Source: Candidatus Woesearchaeota archaeon (lineage in GTDB: Archaea > Nanobdellota > Nanobdellia > Woesearchaeales > GW2011-AR4). Taken from it: 58,373 nucleotides of DNA. Of this stretch, positions 27,278-35,485 are shown in pieces. A program made the position numbers and the translations under genes. Where the stretch lies: NCBI GenBank assembly GCA_018303685.1, contig JAGVXS010000001.1, forward strand, positions 1 to 58,373. Direction: 5' to 3'. Numbering within the stretch: position 1 is the first letter of the stretch; the number at the start of each line of letters is the position of its first letter. A model generated the notes under the pieces. That model worked only from the letters and a program-made list of their open reading frames with translations, did not search any database and was not told where the DNA came from.

Positions 27278-27750
27278 TTTTTTGCTGGTTTTGATTTTTC
27301 AGTTTGTTTTTCTTTTTGCTTGGACACCTGCACGACAATCTCTATGCTTGTCCTTTTCATCTTTGTTCTCTGTTTCCTCCCAAAATGCCATGACTTCCCT
27401 GCCTTGTGCGCTGAAATGTGGGCTATCACAAGGTTTGATGTGTTCAGCCCCTTGAATTGCGCATTTGCCTCTGCGCCTTCTATCAGCTTTATGAACTCTA
27501 TCGAGGTGTTTTTTGGGTACCTTCCCGGGCCTATTTTTCTCTTGTGCCCTAGGTCGGAATTGTATCGCCTCACCGGAACAGCTGTTTTCTTGTCAACAAC
27601 GTTTTGCAGCAGTTTCTTTGCTGCGCCCGTTTCCCTGTCTTTGATAAACTGGCATATCTCGACGCTTTGCTTAAACGATACCGGCAGGGCCACTCCCAAT
27701 GCCCTTGCCATGTGCTCCTTGTCGTATTTTTGGTATGTGTATCCTTTCAT
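27274..27750 (-). CDS. rpl22: 50S ribosomal protein uL22
   Basis: ARALGVALPVSFKQSVEIC..I and the GPGRYP loop. Confidence 0.9.
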   Translation of the reverse strand: MKGYTYQKYDKEHMARALGVALPVSFKQSVEICQFIKDRETGAAKKLLQNVVDKKTAVPVRRYNSDLGHKRKIGPGRYPKNTSIEFIKLIEGAEANAQFKGLNTSNLVIAHISAHKAGKSWHFGRKQRTKMKRTSIEIVVQVSKQKEKQTEKSKPAKK

Positions 27751-27751
27751 T

Positions 27752-28135
27752 TTACTTCACTGACAGGCTTGCGCTGGATTTTGTAGCTCCTATTCCGGGC
27801 GCGCTGTGCGCGACTTTTTTTCTTGTCAGGGCAAACTCACCGAGGCAGTGCCCTATCATGTCAGGCTCGACTGCCACAGGCACGAATTCCCTGCCCTGGT
27901 GCACCTTTATGGTTTTTCCTATCATCTCGGGCAGTATTACCATATCCCTGCAATGCGTCTCCACGTTTTTCTCGTTAGCCCTTAGTTTCTTCAGCAGGGT
28001 TTTCTGCTGCTCTGTGAAACCTCTCTTTAATACCCTTCTCTGCCTTGCAGTAAAAATCTGCGCAAGCTCGTTGATGCTCAGTTTTTTGAGCTCTTCCGGT
28101 GTTTTTCCCTTGAAAGTAAATTCTTTTTTTGCCAT
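27752..28135 (-). CDS. rps19: 30S ribosomal protein uS19
   Basis: GKTIKVHQGREFVPV.V...MIGH.LGEFA.TRK motif. Confidence 0.9.
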   Translation of the reverse strand: MAKKEFTFKGKTPEELKKLSINELAQIFTARQRRVLKRGFTEQQKTLLKKLRANEKNVETHCRDMVILPEMIGKTIKVHQGREFVPVAVEPDMIGHCLGEFALTRKKVAHSAPGIGATKSSASLSVK

Positions 28136-28136
28136 T

Positions 28137-28856
28137 TTATCTCTTATGCCTGCCAGTTCTCTTTGGAGCTATTTTGCCCACTTTTCTTCCCGGCGGGGAA
28201 TTTCTTGCAGATTGTGTTGGAATGCCTTTTGCGTGGGAGCTTGAGCCTCCAAATGGGTGGTCCACTGAATTCATCGATGTCCCGCTTACCTGTGGCCACA
28301 TTTTGTTCTTTGCCCTCATCGCATAAAATCTGGTTCCAGCTTTTAAAAATGGTTTTTCTGTCCTGCCGGAGCCTGCAACAACTCCTATAACCGCCTTGCA
28401 TTCGGGCATGAATGTCCTTCTCTTGCTTGATGGCAGCTCAATGACAACACCTTCATCCATTTTTGTGATTATCTTAGCAAAAGCCCCGCCTGCCCTGACA
28501 AACTTGCCGCCGTCGCCGGGGTTTGACTCAATGTTGTAGATTGACGTTCCTTCCGGAATGCTTTTCAATGGAAGTATGTTGCCTGTTTTTATCTCCACGT
28601 CCTTTCCGATCTCAATTTTGTCTCCCACTTTGATGCCTTCAGGGGCCTGAAGCAGGCTTGTCTCGCCGTTGCTGTACTTAAGCTCCATCAAAGGCGCGCT
28701 GTGTCCGCTGCTGTGCACTATGTCGCCTACGCTGGCGCTGATTACCTTGCCTCCCTCATATCCTGTAAAATCCGCTTTTCCCTTGTACCTGAAACTCGGG
28801 GCCCTGTACCTTGGGCTTCCCTTTCCCCTCTTCTGCTGGATTAAGCTCTTTCCCAT
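28137..28856 (-). CDS. rpl2: 50S ribosomal protein uL2
   Basis: MNSVDHPFGGS..H.G.P and GRKVG motifs. Confidence 0.92.
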   Translation of the reverse strand: MGKSLIQQKRGKGSPRYRAPSFRYKGKADFTGYEGGKVISASVGDIVHSSGHSAPLMELKYSNGETSLLQAPEGIKVGDKIEIGKDVEIKTGNILPLKSIPEGTSIYNIESNPGDGGKFVRAGGAFAKIITKMDEGVVIELPSSKRRTFMPECKAVIGVVAGSGRTEKPFLKAGTRFYAMRAKNKMWPQVSGTSMNSVDHPFGGSSSHAKGIPTQSARNSPPGRKVGKIAPKRTGRHKR

Positions 28857-28869
28857 TTTGCACCGTCCA

Positions 28870-29130
28870 TTATATCAAGCCCATCTGGGTTGCAATATCT
28901 ATTGCCGGGTTTTTTGCGGAAAATTTCACATACGCCCTTTTCTCACCTTCTGCATTAACAAAAGTGTTGACGCTTTCAACCCTTACTTTGAACATTTCCT
29001 GCAGCGCGCCCTTTATCTCTTTCTTTGTTGCCTTGTTGCTGACAACAAATATCAGCTTGTTTTCCGATTCCATGAGCCTTATCGATTTTTCAGTCGACAA
29101 AGGGTATTTTATTATGTCGTATGGCTGCAT
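28870..29130 (-). CDS. rpl23: 50S ribosomal protein uL23
   Basis: DIIKYPLSTEKS start. The start is set at ATG 29130, just after the rpl4 stop at 29133. Confidence 0.88.
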   Translation of the reverse strand: MQPYDIIKYPLSTEKSIRLMESENKLIFVVSNKATKKEIKGALQEMFKVRVESVNTFVNAEGEKRAYVKFSAKNPAIDIATQMGLI

Positions 29131-29132
29131 TT

Positions 29133-29939
29133 TTACCTGAATAAATTCTTGTTTTTCATTATACTTATTGCCTGGCTCGTCCATAAAGTCAGCCTTCCTG
29201 GCTTCGCGCCCGGCGCAAGCAGCTCCGCGTTCAGGCTTTTGACTTCCACAACATCAATGCCCGGTATGTTTGCTGCTGCCTGACTAAGGCTGCATTTTTT
29301 TGAAACAACTATCAGCGGGCCTTTCTTCCTCCTGTATTTTCTTCCACGCGACTTGCCTTTTCCCGCCCTTACTTTCTTTTCTTCGGCACGGGATAATTCA
29401 CTGCCCAATCCAAGCACCCTGAAAGCTGCAATAATGCTTGCTGTCTTGTCCAGCAGTTCAAACTTTTCGTCCAGTACAAACGGGTAATTGATTGGCACAG
29501 AGTGCCCGTGGCCTGCTACGATGTCTTTTGATATTGTAGCTGCAATAGCGCTCCTTAGCGCCTTCAGCCTTTCTTTCTCATTTATTTTTTTCCACCATAT
29601 CCTTTCGGTCTTCGGGGGATGGGCCCGCCTGCCTCCAACAGTGCCAGGCGCAAACGCACCGACCCAGTTCATTCTCGTGCCTCTTCTTGAAAGTATTTTT
29701 CTCGGAACCCTTGAAATTCCAAACCCATATGAGCCCCTGTAGTCCCTTCTTCTCCTCGACAATTTTGCTGATGCCCTTTTTCCCGCCTCGCTGCTTGAGG
29801 AGTATGCCTGCCTTTTGTGGCTTTGCATTGCAAGCACAGCCCTTTGTATCAGGTCCTGCCTGTATTCCTCGGAAAACTGCCACGGCAATTCAATCTCCCC
29901 TGTCTTGTTTTTTGATGCATCCAGTATGCTGAGCTTCAT
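29133..29939 (-). CDS. rpl4: 50S ribosomal protein uL4
   Basis: 268 aa with the archaeal L4 pattern (SAKLSRRRRDYRGSYGFGISRVPR). Confidence 0.9.
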   Translation of the reverse strand: MKLSILDASKNKTGEIELPWQFSEEYRQDLIQRAVLAMQSHKRQAYSSSSEAGKRASAKLSRRRRDYRGSYGFGISRVPRKILSRRGTRMNWVGAFAPGTVGGRRAHPPKTERIWWKKINEKERLKALRSAIAATISKDIVAGHGHSVPINYPFVLDEKFELLDKTASIIAAFRVLGLGSELSRAEEKKVRAGKGKSRGRKYRRKKGPLIVVSKKCSLSQAAANIPGIDVVEVKSLNAELLAPGAKPGRLTLWTSQAISIMKNKNLFR

Positions 29940-29940
29940 T

Positions 29941-30915
29941 TTACCTTCCCTGCTTTGACTCTGTGCTTATGTAGGATATTTGCGGAGCTTCCTGCGGAAT
30001 TTTTTTGTTTTGCCTTATGGGAATGGTAAGCCTGATGAACCTTTTTTCCGCGCCGCCGACAGAGCCTTTAATGAGAATGTAATTTCCCCTCACAAGCCCG
30101 TAGTTTACAAAACCACCTTTAACATTTATCTCGTCGGATTTTAGACCTATCTTGAGTATCCACTTGTTGTATTCTGTTCTCAGATGGTAGCCCATTTTGC
30201 CCGCATGTGCGGTTCTCCACATTATATGCCCCTGCGCCCTCCATGCACCCAAAGTTGCTGGATTCCTCCTGCTTTTTTCGGATTTGTGCTGCCTGAGCTG
30301 AACCCCAAACCTCCTGACAGGCCCCTGGAATCCCTTGCCTTTTGTCACAGAATGAATGTCAACCGACTGCCCTTCTGCAAAAACCTCACCTATGCTTATT
30401 TCCTTTCCGAGCTTTTCTTTTGCATAAGCAACCTGCTGCTCCCTGCTGCCGCCGATTGCCACTTCAAAGATTTCCGGTATTTTTTTCCCTATGCCCGTAA
30501 GCTTTGGCTGCGTATGGCAGAGCAGCCTCACAAAATCAAAGTCGCTTGCTTCCCTGCCTTTCTTTTTGTGTGCAACTATTTTTCTCTCCATTTCTTTTTC
30601 AAGAGAATCAGCAAACAACTCAGAAACAAGCGTTGAGCCGTTTTGCGTGTTTTTGTAAAATCTTATAGAAGCAGTTTTGATTGGGGGGCACTCGACAACA
30701 GTCACCGGGCAGAAAATATCTGCGCCTTTTGTCATGGAATTCGGTGCATTGTCATTGATAAGCAGGTGTGTCATGCCGGCCTTGTAGCCTGCAAACCCAA
30801 GCAGCTTTTGCTCGCTGCTTTTTGGCCATGTCCTTATCCTTGCGTGGCTATGCCTGGCCCTTACCCTGGGCCAAAACTGCATGCTTCCTGCTCTCGGTTT
30901 TCTTGTTCTTGGCAT
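29941..30915 (-). CDS. rpl3: 50S ribosomal protein uL3
   Basis: Canonical archaeal start MPRTRKPRAGSMQFWPR at ATG 30915. The track's longer ORF to 31017 adds a non-homologous extension. Confidence 0.9.
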   Translation of the reverse strand: MPRTRKPRAGSMQFWPRVRARHSHARIRTWPKSSEQKLLGFAGYKAGMTHLLINDNAPNSMTKGADIFCPVTVVECPPIKTASIRFYKNTQNGSTLVSELFADSLEKEMERKIVAHKKKGREASDFDFVRLLCHTQPKLTGIGKKIPEIFEVAIGGSREQQVAYAKEKLGKEISIGEVFAEGQSVDIHSVTKGKGFQGPVRRFGVQLRQHKSEKSRRNPATLGAWRAQGHIMWRTAHAGKMGYHLRTEYNKWILKIGLKSDEINVKGGFVNYGLVRGNYILIKGSVGGAEKRFIRLTIPIRQNKKIPQEAPQISYISTESKQGR

Positions 30916-31005
30916 TTTACCAAAGACTAGTATACCTATTGTCCTTTGATGCAAAATAAGCCTTTTATTGACGGCCTTTGGTAGAAAACAGTCTGTAAAA
31001 CTGTA

Positions 31006-31064
31006 CTGAAAAGGCAATCTTTTCAGGCTTGTTTATGCTATGTGCCCGAGTTATCGGGCACATA
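31006..31064 (-). promoter_or_regulatory. Hairpins in the predicted 5' leader of the rpl3 operon (perfect 11-bp stem at 31039-31064; 8-bp stem at 31006-31026)
   Basis: Read directly: tatgtgcccga-gtta-tcgggcacata, and ctgaaaag-gcaat-cttttcag. A TATA-like tttataaa at 31094-31101 would place the TSS near 31071. Confidence 0.5.
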
Positions 31065-31120
31065 TTAAAGGGTTTTTCAGGAATAGCTGGAGATTTATAA
31101 AGGTTTTGGAAATTTATTAG

Positions 31121-31720
31121 TTAAGGTCGAATATATTGTTTTGGAATATCACCTTTAACCAAGATTTCTAATGAAAATGGTTTAAAAGAGTACCTGTTTT
31201 CATACGAGGTTGTCTCAGTTACTAACTCCGCTCCTTTAGGTAAATCTGCTGCTGAAGTTATTCTGTTTAAATTGTAAAATTTTAGTGCTAAAAATTTTTC
31301 AAATGTAGGATATCCACCTTTTTCTTTTTCCCATCCTTTATGTAATGTATTGAGTATTATGTTGCTTAATCCAGAACCTAGAATAAAAAAAGAATTAATA
31401 AAATCAAAATTTCCAGAATATACCTCGAAACCGTCTGCCATCAGTCTAGGTAAGTCTACCACCGTATGATATGCTCCTTCATCAGCTAGGCAGCCTTCAT
31501 AGTAAGGAAATAAAAAAACAGAATTTCTTCTAACAGTGAGTAATTCAGAAATAGCAGGACTACCACAAGCCTTTAAACCTTGTTTGCTTATCTTTCTGAG
31601 TCTAGCTTCAGCTCTTTTGTTAGGAGGACGGCAATAAGTATGCCCATGATCTAAGGAAATATAATGAACTGAATTATTCCATACAAATCTCCTCCATCCC
31701 AAATTAGTTTGATCTGTCAT
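31121..31720 (-). CDS. Hypothetical protein (199 aa), no recognisable family
   Basis: Long ORF with plausible globular composition, visibly AT-richer than its neighbours. I could identify no motif. Confidence 0.5.
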   Translation of the reverse strand: MTDQTNLGWRRFVWNNSVHYISLDHGHTYCRPPNKRAEARLRKISKQGLKACGSPAISELLTVRRNSVFLFPYYEGCLADEGAYHTVVDLPRLMADGFEVYSGNFDFINSFFILGSGLSNIILNTLHKGWEKEKGGYPTFEKFLALKFYNLNRITSAADLPKGAELVTETTSYENRYSFKPFSLEILVKGDIPKQYIRP

Positions 31721-31749
31721 TTTATTTGAAGATATTAAGAAATGACTAA

Positions 31750-32517
31750 CTATTTTGAATAAACCCTTTCGATGTCTTTTGCCAGCGCAGAGCCAACCCA
31801 GACACCTACATCATATGTAGGATGAACTTCGCTGTCGTCAAGCAGCATGAATATTATCTCGCTGCCGTCGACGATGCAGAACCTCGCCTTGTTGCCTGTG
31901 TTGATTACCTCGGCAAACTGGCTGATTTCGGCCGCTTTTTTTCTTGTTGACTGGCTGGGCTGTGTAAAAATCCTTATTTTTACATTTTTATTGCCCAGAC
32001 TTTCCAAAATGGGCTTGAAATTTTCAACAAAGGCTGTAAATTCAGTGCTGGTGGCTGATATTAATATGCTCTTCTTTGCTTTCTCCAGCATCTGCCTTGT
32101 GTGGTTGTGTATATTATACCTCCCTATGAGCGCTCCGCTTGTGTCTGAAGAAGATAAATATGATTTGCCTTTCGCGTGCAGGCTGTTAAGTTCGCCGATA
32201 ATCCTCGATTTTTTAATATTATTTATTTTTCCTATTTCTCCTGCAGCGTTGCTCATGGTTTTTGATTTGATTGACTCTATTGCGGCTTGTGGTGCTGTGG
32301 CAGCGTACCTTAATGGTTTTCCCCACTTGGCAGCAACAAACCCCTTCTTTTCCAGAGACTCTAGGACATCGTAGCTTCTGCTTCTTGGCACGTTGGCAAT
32401 GCCAGAAAGCTCTCCTGCAGTTGAGACTCCCCTGCTTAAAAGCGCTGTCCAAATCTTAACTTCGTAGCTGTTCAGGCCCAAGTTTCTCAGTTGTTTTTCT
32501 GCTTTTAAGCTTAACAT
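31750..32517 (-). CDS. TrmB-family transcriptional regulator
   Basis: The N-terminal wHTH LGLNSYEVKIWTALLSRGVSTAGELSGIANVPRSRSYDVLESLEKKGFV is a textbook TrmB domain. ATG 32517 fits TATA 32540-32547 as a leaderless start. Confidence 0.75.
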   Translation of the reverse strand: MLSLKAEKQLRNLGLNSYEVKIWTALLSRGVSTAGELSGIANVPRSRSYDVLESLEKKGFVAAKWGKPLRYAATAPQAAIESIKSKTMSNAAGEIGKINNIKKSRIIGELNSLHAKGKSYLSSSDTSGALIGRYNIHNHTRQMLEKAKKSILISATSTEFTAFVENFKPILESLGNKNVKIRIFTQPSQSTRKKAAEISQFAEVINTGNKARFCIVDGSEIIFMLLDDSEVHPTYDVGVWVGSALAKDIERVYSK

Positions 32518-32591
32518 TTTGTTTAGTATCGTTATGTAGTTTAAAAATCTTTTTGTTTTTATCATTAGTTAGTAATAAATATGTACTCCAA

Positions 32592-32736
32592 CCCCCTTAC
32601 TTCCTGTGGAAGTTATTTATTATTTTATCTTGTTTTTGTGTTTGTTTTGTTGTTTTCTATTTTTATTTCTATATAGAAAATAAAGAGTAAGTAATCTAAA
32701 ACAAACACAAATAAGTTTCCATGCGAAATGGGGGGG
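32592..32736. other. Candidate replication origin (oriC): two inverted ORB-like boxes flanking an AT-rich, palindrome-containing spacer
   Basis: ORB-like box 1 (minus strand, 32611-32592) reads TTCCACAGGAAGTAAGGGGG. Box 2 (plus strand, 32717-32736) reads TTCCATGCGAAATGGGGGGG. A 105-bp AT-rich spacer carries a perfect 14-bp inverted repeat (32635-32648 / 32698-32711) and a central ttctatatagaa. The whole region is adjacent to cdc6-polD. Confidence 0.6.
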
Positions 32737-32754
32737 TAGCACTAATAAAGAAAA

Positions 32755-32764
32755 TATTTAAATA
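32755..32764 (+). promoter_or_regulatory. TATA box of orc1/cdc6 (tatttaaata)
   Basis: Centred about 27 nt upstream of ATG 32787, implying a leaderless cdc6 mRNA. Confidence 0.5.
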
Positions 32765-32786
32765 CCTCCATTTCGTTTGGAAAATA

Positions 32787-33992
32787 ATGGTTGAAAAGGG
32801 GTTGGATGGGTTCTTTGAGGTGTTTCTAAGGAAAAAGAGTGCTTTTTTTGATAAAAAAGCGTTGCAATCGTCTTATATCCCCGAAACAATCTTACACAGG
32901 GAAGAACAAATAAAACAAATAGCTAATATCCTTGCCCCATCTTTAAAAGGTGACAAAACATCCAACATACTCCTCTATGGCAAAACAGGCACAGGAAAGA
33001 CACTAACAATAAAATACACAACAAAAAAACTAATGGAGGTAGCTGAAAGGGAGAATATACCTTTAAAAATATTATATATTAACTGCAAGCTGAAGAGAAG
33101 CACCGACACGGAATACAGGCTCATAGCTCAGCTTGCCAGAGAGCTTGGCAAAGCAATACCACCAACAGGGCTGCCGACAGAGGAGGTTTACAGGGCATTT
33201 TTCAAAGCGCTCGGCAGGCAAAAACAGAACCACATAATAATACTCGATGAAATAGACCAGCTCGTGAGCAAGGCGGGGGACAATGCCCTTTACAACCTCA
33301 CAAGAATAAATGAAGACACAGAATCTCAAATCTCCTTAGTAGGCATATCCAACGACATAATGTTTGTTGACAACCTTGATCCAAGAGTCAGGTCATCCCT
33401 TTCTGAAGAGGAAATTGTTTTCCCGCCGTACAATGCCGTGCAGATACAGGCAATTCTCCGCCAGAGGGCCGAGCAGGCATTCAACAAAGATGTTTTGGGC
33501 AATGGGGTTGTAGAGAAATGCGCGGCATACGCCGCAAGAGACCATGGAGATGCAAGGCGCGCCCTTGAGCTTCTAAGGGTTGCCGGCGAGATTGCCGACA
33601 GGAAAAGCGCGGATAAACTAACAATAGAATTTGTGGATGACGCAGAGCAGAAAATTGACAGGGACAGGATAATAGATGCTGTTGTGACGCAGCCGAAGCA
33701 GTACCATCTTGTGCTTTATTCAATAATCTCTCTCAAGCCCGGCAGGAAGGGAAACATATTCACCGGCGAGGTTTACGAGCTGTACAAGTCGCTGTGCGGC
33801 AAGACCAGCACAAGTGTGCTGACACAGCGCAGGATTTCAGACATAATATCGGAGTTTGACATGATTGGGATAGTAAACGCAAAGGTGATATCGAAAGGAA
33901 GATACGGGAGGACAAGGGAAATATCACTTGAAATCCCTGAAGAGGTACTCCCAAAGGTCAAAGCCATCCTTGAAGACACGATAAGGGTTTAA
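32787..33992 (+). CDS. cdc6: Orc1/Cdc6 replication initiator
   Basis: Archaeal Cdc6 N-terminus (F.DK.AL...Y.PE.L.HRE.Q), Walker A GKTGTGKT, Walker B ILDEID, a sensor region, and a C-terminal winged helix (TQRRISDIISEFDMIGIV). The start is set at internal ATG 32787. Confidence 0.9.
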   Translation: MVEKGLDGFFEVFLRKKSAFFDKKALQSSYIPETILHREEQIKQIANILAPSLKGDKTSNILLYGKTGTGKTLTIKYTTKKLMEVAERENIPLKILYINCKLKRSTDTEYRLIAQLARELGKAIPPTGLPTEEVYRAFFKALGRQKQNHIIILDEIDQLVSKAGDNALYNLTRINEDTESQISLVGISNDIMFVDNLDPRVRSSLSEEEIVFPPYNAVQIQAILRQRAEQAFNKDVLGNGVVEKCAAYAARDHGDARRALELLRVAGEIADRKSADKLTIEFVDDAEQKIDRDRIIDAVVTQPKQYHLVLYSIISLKPGRKGNIFTGEVYELYKSLCGKTSTSVLTQRRISDIISEFDMIGIVNAKVISKGRYGRTREISLEIPEEVLPKVKAILEDTIRV

Positions 33993-33993
33993 G

Positions 33994-35484
33994 ATGCATG
34001 ACGAGCCTCTCCAAAAAAAACGCGAAATAATCGGGATGTTCTTAAAGAGGGGAATGCTCGTAAGTCAGGAGATGCTCGACACAATCAACGATGAAGAGCA
34101 CATTTCCAGGATATTCAATGCGCTGAAGTCAAAACAAGCCGGCGAAGCGGCAGTCATAGACATGGATCTGAAAAGGCTTGTAGATGAGGCAAAAACACAG
34201 AAAAGCGGCGCAGAAACCCCGCAGCATAGCGTAAAAGTTGTCCAGTCATACACTGAAGAGCCGAAGAAAAGGGAGCCCCAGGATTTTGTTGATTATTTCA
34301 ACAACAGGTACAAGGCAATAGAAAAAATACTGAAGCAGCGGCAAGAGCTTAAAAGCACGGTTTCCATCAACAAGATAGCCGGCAGGAAGGAAAAGGACAG
34401 CGCTGCAATCATCGGCATGGTAAGCAACAAGCAGGTTACAAAAAACGGCAACCTCTTGTTTTTGCTGGAAGACCCAACAGGCCAGAAAAAAGTTTTGGTA
34501 AACAAGAACAAGCCGGCGCTGTTTAACGAGGCGAAGGATATTGTCTTGGACGAGGTTATAGGTGTTGTTGGGGTAAGCGTTGACACAATAATCTTTGCAA
34601 ACAACATTATCTGGCCCGACATCCCGGCGGCAAAAGACATCAAAAAAGCAGAGAAGGAATCCTATGCCCTTTTTCTTTCAGACTTGCATGTCGGCTCGGC
34701 AAAGTTTCTTCCCGATGATTTTGAGAAGTTCCTCAAGTGGATAAACGGAAACATGGGAAACGAGCAGCAAAGGCACATAGCAAAAAACGTGAAATACATT
34801 TTCATCGCAGGAGATTTGGTTGACGGGTGCGGCATCTACCCTGAGCAGGACAAGGAGCTCATAACAAAAGATATCTACCAGCAATACAGGGAATGCGCAG
34901 AGCTGCTCAAGCAAATACCAAGCCATATACCATTGATAATATGCCCGGGCAACCACGATGCGCTGCGCATATCAGAGCCCCAGCCTGCGCTGTCAAAAGA
35001 ATTTGCCAAGCCGATGCACGAACTCAACAACGCCATCATGGTTTCAAATCCGTCTTTGATAAACATAAACTCTTACGAGAATTTCAACGGCTTTGATGTA
35101 ATGATGTACCACGGGTATTCATTTGACTATTTTGTCGCTGAAGTGGACTCCCTGCGCAATCAGGGAGGATATGACAGGGCAGACCTGATAATGAAATTCC
35201 TGCTGAAGAGAAGGCATCTTGCGCCGACGCACCTCTCGACATTGTACATTCCTGACACAAAAAAAGACCCGTTAGTCATAGAAAAAGTCCCTGATTTCTT
35301 TCTCAGCGGGCACATACACAAGACAGCAACAGCCAGCTACAGGAACACAACCCTGATTTGCGGAAGCTGCTGGCAGGGCAAGACAATCTTCCAGGAAAGG
35401 GTTGGGCATAACCCTGAGCCGAGCAGAGTTCCGATTGTGAACCTGCAGACGCGGGACATAAAAATACTGAAATTCGGGCAGTAA
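33994..35484 (+). CDS. polB: DNA polymerase II (PolD) small subunit DP1, calcineurin-like phosphoesterase/exonuclease
   Basis: OB-fold region plus phosphoesterase motifs (LSDLHVGS, GDLVDG, GNHD, GH.H). Begins 1 nt after the cdc6 stop. Confidence 0.9.
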   Translation: MHDEPLQKKREIIGMFLKRGMLVSQEMLDTINDEEHISRIFNALKSKQAGEAAVIDMDLKRLVDEAKTQKSGAETPQHSVKVVQSYTEEPKKREPQDFVDYFNNRYKAIEKILKQRQELKSTVSINKIAGRKEKDSAAIIGMVSNKQVTKNGNLLFLLEDPTGQKKVLVNKNKPALFNEAKDIVLDEVIGVVGVSVDTIIFANNIIWPDIPAAKDIKKAEKESYALFLSDLHVGSAKFLPDDFEKFLKWINGNMGNEQQRHIAKNVKYIFIAGDLVDGCGIYPEQDKELITKDIYQQYRECAELLKQIPSHIPLIICPGNHDALRISEPQPALSKEFAKPMHELNNAIMVSNPSLININSYENFNGFDVMMYHGYSFDYFVAEVDSLRNQGGYDRADLIMKFLLKRRHLAPTHLSTLYIPDTKKDPLVIEKVPDFFLSGHIHKTATASYRNTTLICGSCWQGKTIFQERVGHNPEPSRVPIVNLQTRDIKILKFGQ

Positions 35485-35485
35485 A

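Noticed and set aside
26297-27763. Plus-strand ORFs of 162, 91, 194 and 192 aa over SUI1/rpl29/rps3/rpl22
   Set aside because: They are antisense to conserved ribosomal genes, have low-complexity hydrophobic translations, and have no independent signals.
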